Source: Pseudomonadota bacterium (GTDB lineage: Bacteria; Pseudomonadota; Gammaproteobacteria; Arenicellales; UBA868). Taken from it: a DNA stretch of 64,000 nt. Positions 1-10,280 of the stretch are shown piece by piece. The DNA lies in assembly GCA_018661145.1 (NCBI GenBank), contig JABJIU010000001.1:2176-66175 (forward strand), given 5' to 3'. The translations under genes were made by a program, and so were the position numbers. Position 1 is the stretch's first letter. Every line of letters begins with the position of its first letter. Below the pieces are notes generated by a model. That model was not told the origin of the DNA. It ran no database searches and saw only the letters and a program-made list of their open reading frames with translations.

Positions 1-1
1 C

Positions 2-172
2 GCGGGCGACGCCGTTGGCCCGCGAATTCACAATGAAACCGTTAACCGGGGTATGTTCTCTCGGGTGCGCGGAGACGTTTACTGTGTTGCTCCGCCGATC
101 GTGACGGAGGAAGAGACCCTTGACCAGATTCCCGAGATTCTGGCTGATGCCACCCGGGCTGTGCTCGGTTAG
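2..172 (+). CDS. 3' end of a class-III PLP aminotransferase (truncated by window edge)
   Basis: Frame 2 is open from the window edge to TAG at 170-172. The tail ...RGDVYCVAPPIVTEEETLDQIPEILADATRAVLG resembles the conserved C-terminal segment of class-III aminotransferases. Confidence 0.4.
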   Translation, partial: AGDAVGPRIHNETVNRGMFSRVRGDVYCVAPPIVTEEETLDQIPEILADATRAVLG

Positions 173-313
173 CCGAATGAGTTAAGGATAGTGCGCCCGG
201 TCAAGGACCGGGTCGCGGCCTCGTATACATCCGACGCATTGACTCTGGTAAGTCGTCGATCACTTTGCCATCCTCTGAGCCTGTAGGCTAGTGAGGAAAG
301 GGAATCGTGCAGG

Positions 314-1885
314 ATGTCTGACAACCCGGAGAGTACCCGGTCGGCTCGCGGTAGCCGCAAGCGGGCCCGGGAGGATCGCAAAGCCGCCCGTGCTGCGTCT
401 GCCCGGGTGTCGCAATTGCCGTTCGGTCCTCTGGTTAATAACTATCCCCCACTGAGCCCTCTGACCGGGGAACAACTAGAGATCGTTCACGACGCATCGC
501 TGGAACTTCTCCGCGATGGCGGGATCGAGGTGATGAGCGAGAGGGTGAGAACCGCCTTTGAGCGTGAAGGTGCTACGTTGGACCGGGATCGGGATATTGT
601 GCGCACTGATCCCGAGATGATTCTTGAACTGGTGGCCCGTGCCCCCAGTACATTTACCCTAACACCGCGCAATGTTGATCATGCCCTGACGCTGGGGGGC
701 AATCAGACCTATTTCGGGATGGTGTCCGGCCCCCCCAACGTACATGACCGGATCGACGGCCGTCGATCTGGAAACTTTGCCGACTACAAGAAACTACTGA
801 ACCTTGGGCAACACTTCAACGTGATTGCGCTCTTCGGGAACCAGACGGTGGCCACCACCGATCTGCCGGCTACGACTCGTCATCTCGACTGCTATCTCGC
901 GAACCTTAGCCTGACCGACAAGGTGTTTTCCGCGATTCCGATCGGTGCTGGGCGAGTCAACGATGCAGCGCAGATGCTCGCGCTCGCCCGTGGTGTTAGT
1001 CTGGAGGAGATGCGGGCGCGCCCAGGTCTGATCGGCAATATCAACGTGAACTCGCCCAGAAAGCTGGACGAGGCGATGTCCGACGGGGCGCTCGCCCTTG
1101 CCGAGCTAGGTCAGGCGGTCATCGTGACGCCGTTCACCTTGTTAGGCGCAATGACGCCGGTAACCATGGCAGCAGGGCTGGTTCAGCAGAACGCGGAGGC
1201 CCTGTTTGGGATCGCGATGATCCAGTTGTTCTATCCCGGAAACCCCGTGGTTTACGGTGGTTTTACCTCCAACGTGGATATGCGCTCGGGAGCGCCTGCT
1301 TTTGGCACCCCGGAAAATGCCAAGGCTAATCTTGCCGGGGGCCAGTTGGCCAGACGCTACTGCCTACCGTACCGGACAAGTGCCTGCAACGCTTCGAATG
1401 TGGTGGATGCGCAGAGTACCTATGAGACTCAGATGGCGCTCTGGGGTGGCGTAATGGGTCATGGCAATGTTGTCTACCATGCTGCAGGCTGGTTGGAGGG
1501 GGGGCTCGTCGCGTCTTATGAGAAATTCATCCTAGATGTCGAGGTCTTACAGCATCTGGCTCACATGCTCTCGCCGATTGACTGCTCCCCGGATGAACTT
1601 GGCGTTGAAGCAATCCGGGATGTCGATCCGGGCGGACATTTCTTTGGTACTGAGCACACGATGGCCCGCTATGAGGATGCATTTTATGCGCCGCTGGTGA
1701 GTGATTGGCAGAACAGCGAGAACTGGCAGGCGGCCGGCAGCCAGGACGCGACTGCAAGGGCGACCCCCATCTGGCAGTCGATACTCGCAGAGCACGAACC
1801 ACCTCCGCTTGACCCTGCTGTACGTGAGTCCCTTGAAGACTACGTTGCCCGTAGAAAAGTCGAGATCGGTACCGACGAACCCTGA
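314..1885 (+). CDS. MttB-family (trimethylamine methyltransferase-like, non-pyrrolysine) quaternary-amine methyltransferase
   Basis: 523-aa ORF. LTGEQLEIVHDASLELLRDGGIEV...APSTFTLTPRN...GRRSGNFADY follows the MttB superfamily N-terminal pattern. There is no in-frame TAG, so it belongs to the non-Pyl class. Confidence 0.8.
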   Translation: MSDNPESTRSARGSRKRAREDRKAARAASARVSQLPFGPLVNNYPPLSPLTGEQLEIVHDASLELLRDGGIEVMSERVRTAFEREGATLDRDRDIVRTDPEMILELVARAPSTFTLTPRNVDHALTLGGNQTYFGMVSGPPNVHDRIDGRRSGNFADYKKLLNLGQHFNVIALFGNQTVATTDLPATTRHLDCYLANLSLTDKVFSAIPIGAGRVNDAAQMLALARGVSLEEMRARPGLIGNINVNSPRKLDEAMSDGALALAELGQAVIVTPFTLLGAMTPVTMAAGLVQQNAEALFGIAMIQLFYPGNPVVYGGFTSNVDMRSGAPAFGTPENAKANLAGGQLARRYCLPYRTSACNASNVVDAQSTYETQMALWGGVMGHGNVVYHAAGWLEGGLVASYEKFILDVEVLQHLAHMLSPIDCSPDELGVEAIRDVDPGGHFFGTEHTMARYEDAFYAPLVSDWQNSENWQAAGSQDATARATPIWQSILAEHEPPPLDPAVRESLEDYVARRKVEIGTDEP

Positions 1886-1954
1886 AGTCGACCCTCACAC
1901 CCCTTACGGGAACCCACCGGTTCTCCGATGCCAAACTTCACGGTCGCGGCACGG

Positions 1955-2572
1955 TCAGTCTATTAAGGTATCGATGACGGGACAGATCCGATCCGCGATC
2001 AGTTGTTGAGCCGCTTCATTGAGATGCACGCCATCCTCTTGAAACATTTCAGGATGAGAGAAGATGTCGGTGATAATCGAAGGAACAAAAGCGATGGCAT
2101 AATCGGCGGCCAGTTTTGTATAGACTGAACGAAATGCGTCTCGATATGCGGGACCGTAGTTCGAGGGGATATCAATCCCGGTCAGAAGGACGTCGGCGCC
2201 CGCTTGCAGTGAGCGTTCGATCATCCCAGCGAGATTCTCGTAAATGACCGCCGGAGGATGGCCTCTAAGGCCGTCGTTACCCCCGATCTCAAGTATGACG
2301 ACTCGGGGTCGATGTTCATCCAGTAGTCCAGGGAGATTGCGTGATGCTCCGGCCGTGGTTTCACCACTGATGGCAGCGTTAATGAACCGTACTTTCGAGC
2401 GCATGCGGTTCTGGGCAAGGCTGACCCAGTTCTTTTCGAAGGGGATGCCATAGCCGCTGGTGATGCTGTCACCGATGACGAGGACCGTGGGTAACGATGC
2501 CCTCGCTGAGGCCCCAACCAGCAGTAAAAAAAGGAGCAACAGAGCAGTGAAAGAACTTGTCTTGGAAGCCAT
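1955..2572 (-). CDS. tesA: SGNH/GDSL arylesterase / acyl-CoA thioesterase I
   Basis: Internal ATG at 2572 precedes a signal peptide (MASKTSSFTALLLLFLLLVGASA). GDSITSGYG block I, GGNDGLRG block and DGVHLN catalytic block are present. It is divergent from ybbA as in E. coli. Confidence 0.85.
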   Translation of the reverse strand: MASKTSSFTALLLLFLLLVGASARASLPTVLVIGDSITSGYGIPFEKNWVSLAQNRMRSKVRFINAAISGETTAGASRNLPGLLDEHRPRVVILEIGGNDGLRGHPPAVIYENLAGMIERSLQAGADVLLTGIDIPSNYGPAYRDAFRSVYTKLAADYAIAFVPSIITDIFSHPEMFQEDGVHLNEAAQQLIADRICPVIDTLID

Positions 2573-3227
2573 TAACGTTTCCCGGGATGTGCTTGGGCCT
2601 GCAGGGCCGCTCACGATTCTAAAGGACGTCTCTCTCAAGGTCGGCAAAGGGGAAGCCCTGGCGGTTACTGGGCCCTCTGGTTCAGGAAAATCTACCCTGA
2701 TTGCCCTCCTCGCAGGCCTCGACCAATCCAGCAGTGGCAAGATTATGCTTGCCGGCAGTGATCTGGACGTGCTCGATGAGGATGGTCGGGCGCGCCTGAG
2801 AGCGGGTCGGGTCGGGTTTGTCTTTCAGTCTTTTTATCTTATCGATACGCTCACGGCACTGGAGAACGTGATGTTGCCCCTGGAGTTGGCAGACCAAGAC
2901 ATGCCCCGCGAGAAAGCGATCGAATGGCTAGACAGAGTTGGGCTTGCTGACCGGCGGGATCACTATCCCCGGCAACTCTCGGGAGGAGAGCAGCAGCGGG
3001 TTGCGATCTCCCGTGCTTTTGCCATTGATCCGCAGATCCTTTTCGCTGATGAGCCTACCGGTAATCTTGATGATGCGGCGTCTGAGCAGGTTGCCGAACT
3101 TTTGTTTTCGCTGTGTGGCCGACGACAGGCCGCACTGGTGCTGGTGACCCACGACATGACATTGGCATCGCGCTGCGACAAGAACCTTCGCCTCGAGAAA
3201 GGTCGCGTGAGCGGAGTAGGCCAGTGA
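2547..3227 (+). CDS. ybbA: ABC transporter ATP-binding protein YbbA
   Basis: Walker A GPSGSGKST, signature LSGGEQQRVAISRA and Walker B LFADEPTGNLD. Length and sequence parallel E. coli YbbA. GTG at 2547 is preferred over the ATG at 2460 of the maximal ORF. Confidence 0.8.
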   Translation: MKELVLEAINVSRDVLGPAGPLTILKDVSLKVGKGEALAVTGPSGSGKSTLIALLAGLDQSSSGKIMLAGSDLDVLDEDGRARLRAGRVGFVFQSFYLIDTLTALENVMLPLELADQDMPREKAIEWLDRVGLADRRDHYPRQLSGGEQQRVAISRAFAIDPQILFADEPTGNLDDAASEQVAELLFSLCGRRQAALVLVTHDMTLASRCDKNLRLEKGRVSGVGQ

Positions 3228-5719
3228 GGTTTTCTTTGCGCCACGGCAGCCGTCAGTTCTGGCGAGACTGGCGCTCCGGCGAAATGTTGGCCCTGGGGGG
3301 CGCACTCCTGACAGCAGTTGCCGCGGTGAGTGCCGTGGGTAGTTTCGCGGACCGGGTTGAAAGCGGTCTGGAACGCGGCGCGGGAGAGGTCATCGCATCG
3401 GACATCAAGCTGACTGCGCGACTGGAGATTGCCGAGCCATTTGAAGCCAAGGCTAAGTCGCTAGGGTTAGCGACAGCGCGGACAGCAACGTTCCCGACCG
3501 TTCTGTTTGTTGACGGCCAGACACTGCTCGCTTCGGTGAAAGGGGTCACCCCAGAGTATCCATTGCGCGGCACATTGGGCTTGCGACCGGAGTTGCATGT
3601 ACCCGAGATGACTCGCTTGGCCCGTGGGCCAAAAAAGGGCGAGGCCTGGGTGGACAAGCGCCTGTTGACCACTTTGGGTTTGCGCCTGGGCGACCGTCTT
3701 GAGATCGGGAACATCTCGCTGATCCTCGATGCCGTGTTGGCATATGAACCTGATCGCGGTGGACAGTTTTTCAGTTTTAGCCCAAGAATCATGACGCACT
3801 ACGCGGACATCAAAGACTCTGGCCTGCTTGGACCCTCTAGCCGAGCCACATTTGCGTTATTGGCAGCGGGACCCCCGGATGATGTTGTCGCGCTGCGTGA
3901 TTTTGTAGAGGAGCAGGGGTCAAACGACATCAGGGTTGTGGATCTTGAATCTGCCCAGCGCCAGGTCGGAGCAACAGTGGGCGCGTCAACAGAATTCATT
4001 GGCCTGGCGTCTCTTGGAACACTTTTTATTGCTGGGATTGCGATCGCCGTGGCCTCGCGACGTTACGTCGAGCGGCGGCGAAAGCATGCGGCATTGCTTC
4101 GTTGCTTCGGCGCAAGCGGTCGAGTGGTTCTGCTGATACATATCCAGACGCTCGTTATGATGGGGGGTGTCTGGGGGTTTGTCGGGGCGGGTATCGGGTT
4201 CGCGGTTCAGGAACTAATGACACTGATGCTTGGCGAGGTCTTCTCGATAGGCACTGGCAAGTCAGGCATGGGGGCCGTGCTTATTAGCCTAATCCTCGGG
4301 CTGGCTTTATTGATCGGATTTTCTGTGCCGCAGTTGGCTCGACTAATGAGAGTTGCACCCATGGAGGTTCTCCGCCGGACAGACAGCCCTAGACGAGCGT
4401 TACAGGATGCGCTCTGGTATCTCGTCCCCGGAATCGTACTCCTGCTTCTGGCGGTTCAGCAGGCGGGTCGGAGCGAACTGGTGTTTTACGTATTGTTGGG
4501 AATCTTTGCGTCACTTGCGGGCATGATGGGGTTAAGCCTTGGCCTCATTGCGTTAATGAAGCATCTCGTGCGGGGGGCAGGCGTTTCGTGGCGCTTCGGT
4601 CTTGGGCGGCTTTATCGAGACCCCATCTCGACCACCTTTCAGATTTCAGCGATTGGATTGGGTTTGACCGTGCTGGTGACTCTCTCGTTGGTACGGGGCG
4701 AGTTGTTTGACAGCTGGGAATCCCGTGTGCCTGCAGGGTCTCCAAACTTTTTCCTGGCCAATGTTCAGGATTATGAAAAGGCGCAGGTGGGTGCGTTCTT
4801 TCAGGAGCGGCTCGGGGAAACCCCGGGGTTTACACCGATGGCGACAGGGCGGCTTGTCACGATAAACGGGAAGGTGCCGACGGCAGCTGATTATCCCGAT
4901 CCACGGACGGCATCGCGAATCGAAGGGAACCTAAACTTTTCTTGGTCGGAGGAGCTCCCGCCGGACAATGCCCTTATTGCCGGCAGTTGGTGGCAGACTG
5001 GCAGTCGTGATCCGGTGGTGTCCCTCGCCAAAAGTTGGGCGGCGCCGTTGGGCGTAACGGTGGGTGACCGCATCGGCGTCCAGGTCGGCGCTCAGACTAT
5101 TGATGCCCGGATTGCCAACCTTCGTGAGGTTCGCTGGGAAAGTTTTAATCCGAATTTCTTTGTGTTGTTCCCGCCAGGTGTGTTTGAAAACGCACCGCAC
5201 ACCTTCTTGAGTGCGGTGCGACTGGAAGAGAGTCGCCAGGATGCACTTGTCGCGTTAAGCAGGCAGTTTCCGACAGTAAACATAATTGATATCGGTGCGA
5301 TCCTCGGTCAGGTGCGGCACCTGATCGAAGTGGTGGGAGTCGCATTGAATCTGGTGTTTGGCTTCACGCTGATTGCGGGGGCTGCGGTGCTCTTCGCGGT
5401 GATGCAGGCAAGTCACGACAGTCGAATTCGGGACGCGGCCGTGCTGAAGGTGCTCGGATGCAATCGCCCACGCCTTCTGCGCGCTCTGAACACTGAATTT
5501 TTCGTCATTGCGCTAGTCGCGGGTGTGGTGGCGGCCGGTGCCGCAAGCCTCACCGGCTGGCTGCTTGCGAGTCAGGTCTTTAATCTTGATTATGCGCCGG
5601 GACTACTGGTGATCGCGATTTCGATTCTGTTGAGCGTTGTGATAGTCTGGCTTGTCAGCCGCTCTGGCGTGGAGGCAGCATTGCGGTCACGGCCTCACGC
5701 AACCCTGCGGGCGCCTTGA
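3224..5719 (+). CDS. ybbP: FtsX-like ABC transporter permease YbbP
   Basis: GTG at 3224 overlaps the ybbA stop (GTGA). About 830 aa with two FtsX-type TM bundles separated by a large soluble domain. tesA-ybbA-ybbP synteny supports the call. Confidence 0.75.
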   Translation: MRFSLRHGSRQFWRDWRSGEMLALGGALLTAVAAVSAVGSFADRVESGLERGAGEVIASDIKLTARLEIAEPFEAKAKSLGLATARTATFPTVLFVDGQTLLASVKGVTPEYPLRGTLGLRPELHVPEMTRLARGPKKGEAWVDKRLLTTLGLRLGDRLEIGNISLILDAVLAYEPDRGGQFFSFSPRIMTHYADIKDSGLLGPSSRATFALLAAGPPDDVVALRDFVEEQGSNDIRVVDLESAQRQVGATVGASTEFIGLASLGTLFIAGIAIAVASRRYVERRRKHAALLRCFGASGRVVLLIHIQTLVMMGGVWGFVGAGIGFAVQELMTLMLGEVFSIGTGKSGMGAVLISLILGLALLIGFSVPQLARLMRVAPMEVLRRTDSPRRALQDALWYLVPGIVLLLLAVQQAGRSELVFYVLLGIFASLAGMMGLSLGLIALMKHLVRGAGVSWRFGLGRLYRDPISTTFQISAIGLGLTVLVTLSLVRGELFDSWESRVPAGSPNFFLANVQDYEKAQVGAFFQERLGETPGFTPMATGRLVTINGKVPTAADYPDPRTASRIEGNLNFSWSEELPPDNALIAGSWWQTGSRDPVVSLAKSWAAPLGVTVGDRIGVQVGAQTIDARIANLREVRWESFNPNFFVLFPPGVFENAPHTFLSAVRLEESRQDALVALSRQFPTVNIIDIGAILGQVRHLIEVVGVALNLVFGFTLIAGAAVLFAVMQASHDSRIRDAAVLKVLGCNRPRLLRALNTEFFVIALVAGVVAAGAASLTGWLLASQVFNLDYAPGLLVIAISILLSVVIVWLVSRSGVEAALRSRPHATLRAP

Positions 5720-5782
5720 TCCACAATCCTGCAAGCGCGATGCCGAGCAGCAGCGAAACGCCAGAATATCTCCTCCTAAGTT

Positions 5783-7939
5783 ATGAAGCACTCTTCATTT
5801 ACCTTTCGCCGTCAACCCGCCTCAAAGCCAACCCTGCTGGATTACGCCTGGCGATGCTGGCGGTTGGCCATCATTGGCGCCCTGATAATGCCGACTTTGG
5901 CGTTTGCCCAAAGCGACTTTTCTAACGACATTATCAGTGGGGCCGAGAGCGATTCCGAGTCAAGCGACGCCACCCCGGTTACTTCCTCAGGGTTTGGGGT
6001 AGCGGTTCTTGATACCGGGGTGCAACTAGTTGGATCAATCACGACCGGCACGATGCTGCCGGGCAGTGCGAGTTTTGTGGGCGGCAATCCTCTTGTGGAC
6101 TACGCGAATCAGGGAACGCACGGCACGGCGGTAGCGCAAATCATCCGAGCACTGTCTCCGGGCAGCAAAATTCTTTCCCTTCAGACTTCAACCGGAGGTC
6201 GGTCGTTGGCGGCAAGTGCCGCGGCACAGGCTTTGCGCACCGCGGCGGCAAATCCTGCGATCCGGGTAATCAATCATTCCAACGCAGCGCTGGCTATTGT
6301 GCCCTATGATGCCATTTTTGCGACGGCTCTCGCGGATCAAGTGGTGGTGATGGCCTCCGGTAATGACCGACTGCTAAAACCCAACGGCGATGCCCTTCAT
6401 GCGCCGGGGCTTGGTGGCAAAGGGCTTATTGTCGGCGGCCTTGGACCAGACGGTGAGATGCTGGGTTTCAGTAATCGTGCAGGTGGGTATGCGCAACACT
6501 ATGTCGTTGCGTGGGGTGCGTCGGAGTTTGCCAACTACTGGGGTACGTCATTTGCGACGCCCAGGGTGAGTGCGTTAGCGGCTGAGTTGCGGCAACGCTG
6601 GCCGGACCTCAGAGCCGAACAGGTGACAGATATTATCAAGCGCTCCTCGACCGACATGGGCTCCCCGGGCGTGGACGAAAAATATGGTTGGGGACGGATC
6701 AATTCGGTTCGCGCCTTCCAGCCGCTTGGCGCGTTGACGGCTCCGGTGGGGTCAACAACAACCGAGACGGAAGAGGAGCAGGCGCAGGCGGACCCGCCCG
6801 ATGCGGACCTGCGAAGGCGGCGGCTGAGAATAGGGACACCGATTTTTGGCGCCCTGATGCGTGAACCAGCGTTGTTGAAGGTGCTTGCCCTGGACCGATA
6901 TGGTCGCGACTTCAGTCTCAATCTTTCTGCGATGGTGAGCGGAGCGGATACCCAAAGCAGTATCCGCCGGATCGCCAGGGACTGGGCGGCGCGGGATAGG
7001 TCGTCCTTACTCAGTGATGGTACTGGTTATCGTCTTTCTTCCTACGGCGGATCGGACTCAACCGGGGCGCCAAGGCTTCGGTTCGATTTTTCAGGTGATA
7101 CAGCCTCCCGCCACCAACTGGGTTACAGCATTCGCCCCGAGCAGCGCAACGGGGCGGTGAGTTGGCTTCCTCGCCTGGCAAACGGCGGTACGGCAGGGTC
7201 CGCCTGGCAGCGAAGCCTACTCACTGGGAACCTTGAGGAGGGTTTCTACAGTCTCAGTTCCTATCGCCTTGGAACCAAGACCACGCTTGATCTGGCCTTT
7301 GAGGACACCCATGATAGTGATTCAATGGGGCAGCAGAACCAAGTCTGGTCGTCTGCCGTTCACTTCGCCACCGACACCTTTGGCGCGACGTTTGAAGGGG
7401 GCCTGCTCCAGGAAGACGGTAGTCTTTTCGGAGGAGCGCCAGGCGGCGCGCTGAGTGTTGACGCGGCGGAAACGCGTTTCCTGCGTCTGTCAGGATATCG
7501 CAGTATCAACACCCGGCTTGCGCTTCTTGCGGCATACACCGGAGCCCTGACAGATGTGGATTCATCTTCGGGCAAACTGCTTGATAACTTCTCGGATCTT
7601 TCGTCCCAGGCGTGGCTAGTGGGTTTGGGTGCAAAGGAACTTCTCTCATCAGGTGATGCCGCGAGTCTGACACTGTCACAGCCGCTTCGGGTAACCGCAG
7701 GTTCTGCTGACCTCGATGTTCCTTATGGGCTAGGAAGCAACGGTCGCATCTTTCGCTTTCGGCAAAGGATAAGCATGGCGCCCGCTGGCACCGAAACGCT
7801 TCTGGAGATGACCTACCGATTTCCATGGTCGTCCGTGCTGGAGCTTGGGGTCTACGGCTCGCTTCGCTACCAGGCAGGCCATGATGAACGTGCCGGCATC
7901 GCCCCGCAGGTGATGACTGTCGTTCGGGGAAAAATTTAG
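5783..7939 (+). CDS. Secreted subtilisin-family (S8) serine protease with probable autotransporter-type C-terminal beta domain
   Basis: Signal peptide is present. The Asp-His-Ser triad occurs in subtilase order (VAVLDTGV, HGTAVAQII, GTSFATPRVSA). An acidic linker is followed by a roughly 330-aa C-terminal region with amphipathic beta-strand character. Confidence 0.65.
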   Translation: MKHSSFTFRRQPASKPTLLDYAWRCWRLAIIGALIMPTLAFAQSDFSNDIISGAESDSESSDATPVTSSGFGVAVLDTGVQLVGSITTGTMLPGSASFVGGNPLVDYANQGTHGTAVAQIIRALSPGSKILSLQTSTGGRSLAASAAAQALRTAAANPAIRVINHSNAALAIVPYDAIFATALADQVVVMASGNDRLLKPNGDALHAPGLGGKGLIVGGLGPDGEMLGFSNRAGGYAQHYVVAWGASEFANYWGTSFATPRVSALAAELRQRWPDLRAEQVTDIIKRSSTDMGSPGVDEKYGWGRINSVRAFQPLGALTAPVGSTTTETEEEQAQADPPDADLRRRRLRIGTPIFGALMREPALLKVLALDRYGRDFSLNLSAMVSGADTQSSIRRIARDWAARDRSSLLSDGTGYRLSSYGGSDSTGAPRLRFDFSGDTASRHQLGYSIRPEQRNGAVSWLPRLANGGTAGSAWQRSLLTGNLEEGFYSLSSYRLGTKTTLDLAFEDTHDSDSMGQQNQVWSSAVHFATDTFGATFEGGLLQEDGSLFGGAPGGALSVDAAETRFLRLSGYRSINTRLALLAAYTGALTDVDSSSGKLLDNFSDLSSQAWLVGLGAKELLSSGDAASLTLSQPLRVTAGSADLDVPYGLGSNGRIFRFRQRISMAPAGTETLLEMTYRFPWSSVLELGVYGSLRYQAGHDERAGIAPQVMTVVRGKI

Positions 7940-8026
7940 GACGCGTCAGCGTTCCCTGGATTACGTAATATAGGTTGTTTAAGGCGCCCCTAAACGGCGC
8001 TCCCAACAGCGTAGGTTTCAATAATC

Positions 8027-9271
8027 ATGCCGATTGAATCAGTTCGCAGTGGACGGTACGCCGCGCGCCAGCACGGCGCAATGGAATTCAGTGATCCGCC
8101 GGTCGATCTCGACGGGGTGCGCCGGTATCGCCTGGAGCGTCTTCGCGCGGAAATGAGAAAAGAGGGTGTCTCCGGGTTGCTCCTCTTTGATCAAATCAAC
8201 ACCCGCTACGCGACGGATGCCACCAATATGCAGGTCTGGTGTTCGCACTACGAAACCCGATGTGTATTTGTCGCGCTGGAGGGACCAGTAGTCCTATACG
8301 ACTATGCCAATCACCCCCACCTGGCAAAAGACCTCCCGGGGGTCGATGAATACCGGGTGATGCCCTCGTTTTATTTTTTCTCTGCCGGCTCTCATTGCGA
8401 AGCTCGCGCTCGAAAGTTTGCAGCCGAGATAGATGATCTGATGCGTACCTACGGCGGCGATGATCGTTGTCTTGGTATCGACCGGCTATCATTTATGCCT
8501 TGCGATGCGCTTCGGGAAACCGGTTTGATCCTCTGTGAGGGAGAGGGCATTGCAGAACGTGCGCGGTCGGTAAAGTCCGATGAGGAACTTGCATTGATGC
8601 GGGTATCGATGAACGCCTGTGAGGCAGCGTGTCACGCCATGCAGCAAGCCCTTCAGCCTGGAGTTACCGAAAACGCTCTCTGGGCCAGGATGCATGAAAC
8701 GAACATTCGCATGGGCGGTGAATGGATCGAGACCCGCCTGCTTTCTTCGGGCCCACGGACCAATCCCTGGTTCCGGGAGTGTTCCATGCGCCCCATTGAG
8801 ACGGGAGACCTTGTTAGTTTTGATACCGATCTTATTGGGCCTTACGGCTACTGTTCAGACGTCTCGCGATCATGGCTCTGCGGTGACCGGCCCAGCGATG
8901 AGCAAAGAAAGTTGTACGCGGCTGCCTATGAGCAGATTGAAACCAACATCGGCGTCTTGCGCCCCGGGCGCACGCTGCATGAGGTATCAAACGATTGCTG
9001 GCAGATTCCGCCGGAATACCTTTCTAATCGGTATCCTTCTCTGATGCACGGGGTGGGGCTCGCTGATGAGTATCCGAGTATCAAGCACCAGGTGGATCTG
9101 GAAGCAAAAGGGTATGAAGGTGTTGTTAGCCCCGGTATGGTGATCTGTGTGGAGTCCTTTATTGGCGTTGAAGGCGGTCGTGAAGGAGTCAAATTGGAGG
9201 AACAGGTTATCATCACTGATTCCGGGGTCGAGCGGATGTCGAGCCTGCCCTTTGAAACCGACTGGTTATAA
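8027..9271 (+). CDS. M24-family metallopeptidase-fold protein, DddP-like (possible DMSP lyase)
   Basis: Creatinase/prolidase fold. Motifs GGEWIETRLLSSGPRTNPWFRECS, SFDTDLIGPYGYCSDVSRSW and LMHGVGLADEYP match what I recall of the DddP clade. Confidence 0.55.
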   Translation: MPIESVRSGRYAARQHGAMEFSDPPVDLDGVRRYRLERLRAEMRKEGVSGLLLFDQINTRYATDATNMQVWCSHYETRCVFVALEGPVVLYDYANHPHLAKDLPGVDEYRVMPSFYFFSAGSHCEARARKFAAEIDDLMRTYGGDDRCLGIDRLSFMPCDALRETGLILCEGEGIAERARSVKSDEELALMRVSMNACEAACHAMQQALQPGVTENALWARMHETNIRMGGEWIETRLLSSGPRTNPWFRECSMRPIETGDLVSFDTDLIGPYGYCSDVSRSWLCGDRPSDEQRKLYAAAYEQIETNIGVLRPGRTLHEVSNDCWQIPPEYLSNRYPSLMHGVGLADEYPSIKHQVDLEAKGYEGVVSPGMVICVESFIGVEGGREGVKLEEQVIITDSGVERMSSLPFETDWL

Positions 9272-9272
9272 A

Positions 9273-10280
9273 ATGCCCGAGGCCCAAGCGGCGTTGACAG
9301 ACGCCAGAATCGACTGCTTGCAGTACTGCAACTGGTCCCGCAAGATCTTTTCCCAGATGCGGGAGGGCGGGTTGGATGCTGTGCATGTGACGGTCTGCTA
9401 TCACGAGGATTTCGGACAGACCGTAGCGAACCTTGCTGACTGGAACCGACTTTTCCAGGACCACGAGGCACTCATCATGCCTGGGCGCCTCGCTGAGGAT
9501 ATCCTTGCTGCGAGGCAAAGCAACCGGACGGCCGTTTTCTTCGGCTTTCAGAATTGCTCCCCCATCGAAGCAGACATCGGCCTTGTTGAGATCTGTCATC
9601 AACTGGGCGTACGGTTCATGCAGCTCTCCTATAACAACCAATCCCTTTTGGCGACGGGCTGTTATGAAGCGGATGATCCTGGGATCACTCGGATGGGGCG
9701 GCAGGTCATCGCCGAAATGAACCGGGTTGGACTAGTAGTGGACATGAGCCATTCCTCTGACCGTTCAACACTGGAGGCGATCGAAGTCTCCTCCCGGCCG
9801 ATCGCGATCACCCATGCCAACCCGTCTTTCTGGCACCCGGCTTTGCGAAACAAATCAGACACTGTCATTAAAGCTCTCGCGGAATCCGGGGGGATGATCG
9901 GGTTTTCGCTCTATCCGCACCACCTGCGTGAGGGCAGCGCGTGCACGCTTGAGAACTTTTGTGAAATGGTTGCTAAGACTGCAGAGCGTTTTGGGATTGA
10001 ACATATCGGCATCGGTTCAGACCTTTGCCAGGATCAGCCGGACAGTATCGTGGAGTGGATGCGCAATGGTCGCTGGACGACCGAACGGGATTTCGGTGAG
10101 GGTTCCGCAGATAAGCCTGGCTTTCCGGAACAACCGTCCTGGTTCAGGGACAGCCGAGATTTCCCCAACATCGCTGCTGGACTGAGAGACGTGGGCTTCG
10201 ACGATGAGTCTGTCGCCGCTGTGATGGGGAACAATTGGCTACGGTTTTTTGAACAATCCTTCGTGTCGGCCCGGATCTGA
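9273..10280 (+). CDS. Membrane (renal-type) dipeptidase, peptidase family M19
   Basis: ATG at 9273 lies 1 nt after the upstream stop. VDMSHSSDRSTLEAIEVSSRPIAITHANP and IGIGSDL blocks are typical of M19. Confidence 0.7.
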   Translation: MPEAQAALTDARIDCLQYCNWSRKIFSQMREGGLDAVHVTVCYHEDFGQTVANLADWNRLFQDHEALIMPGRLAEDILAARQSNRTAVFFGFQNCSPIEADIGLVEICHQLGVRFMQLSYNNQSLLATGCYEADDPGITRMGRQVIAEMNRVGLVVDMSHSSDRSTLEAIEVSSRPIAITHANPSFWHPALRNKSDTVIKALAESGGMIGFSLYPHHLREGSACTLENFCEMVAKTAERFGIEHIGIGSDLCQDQPDSIVEWMRNGRWTTERDFGEGSADKPGFPEQPSWFRDSRDFPNIAAGLRDVGFDDESVAAVMGNNWLRFFEQSFVSARI

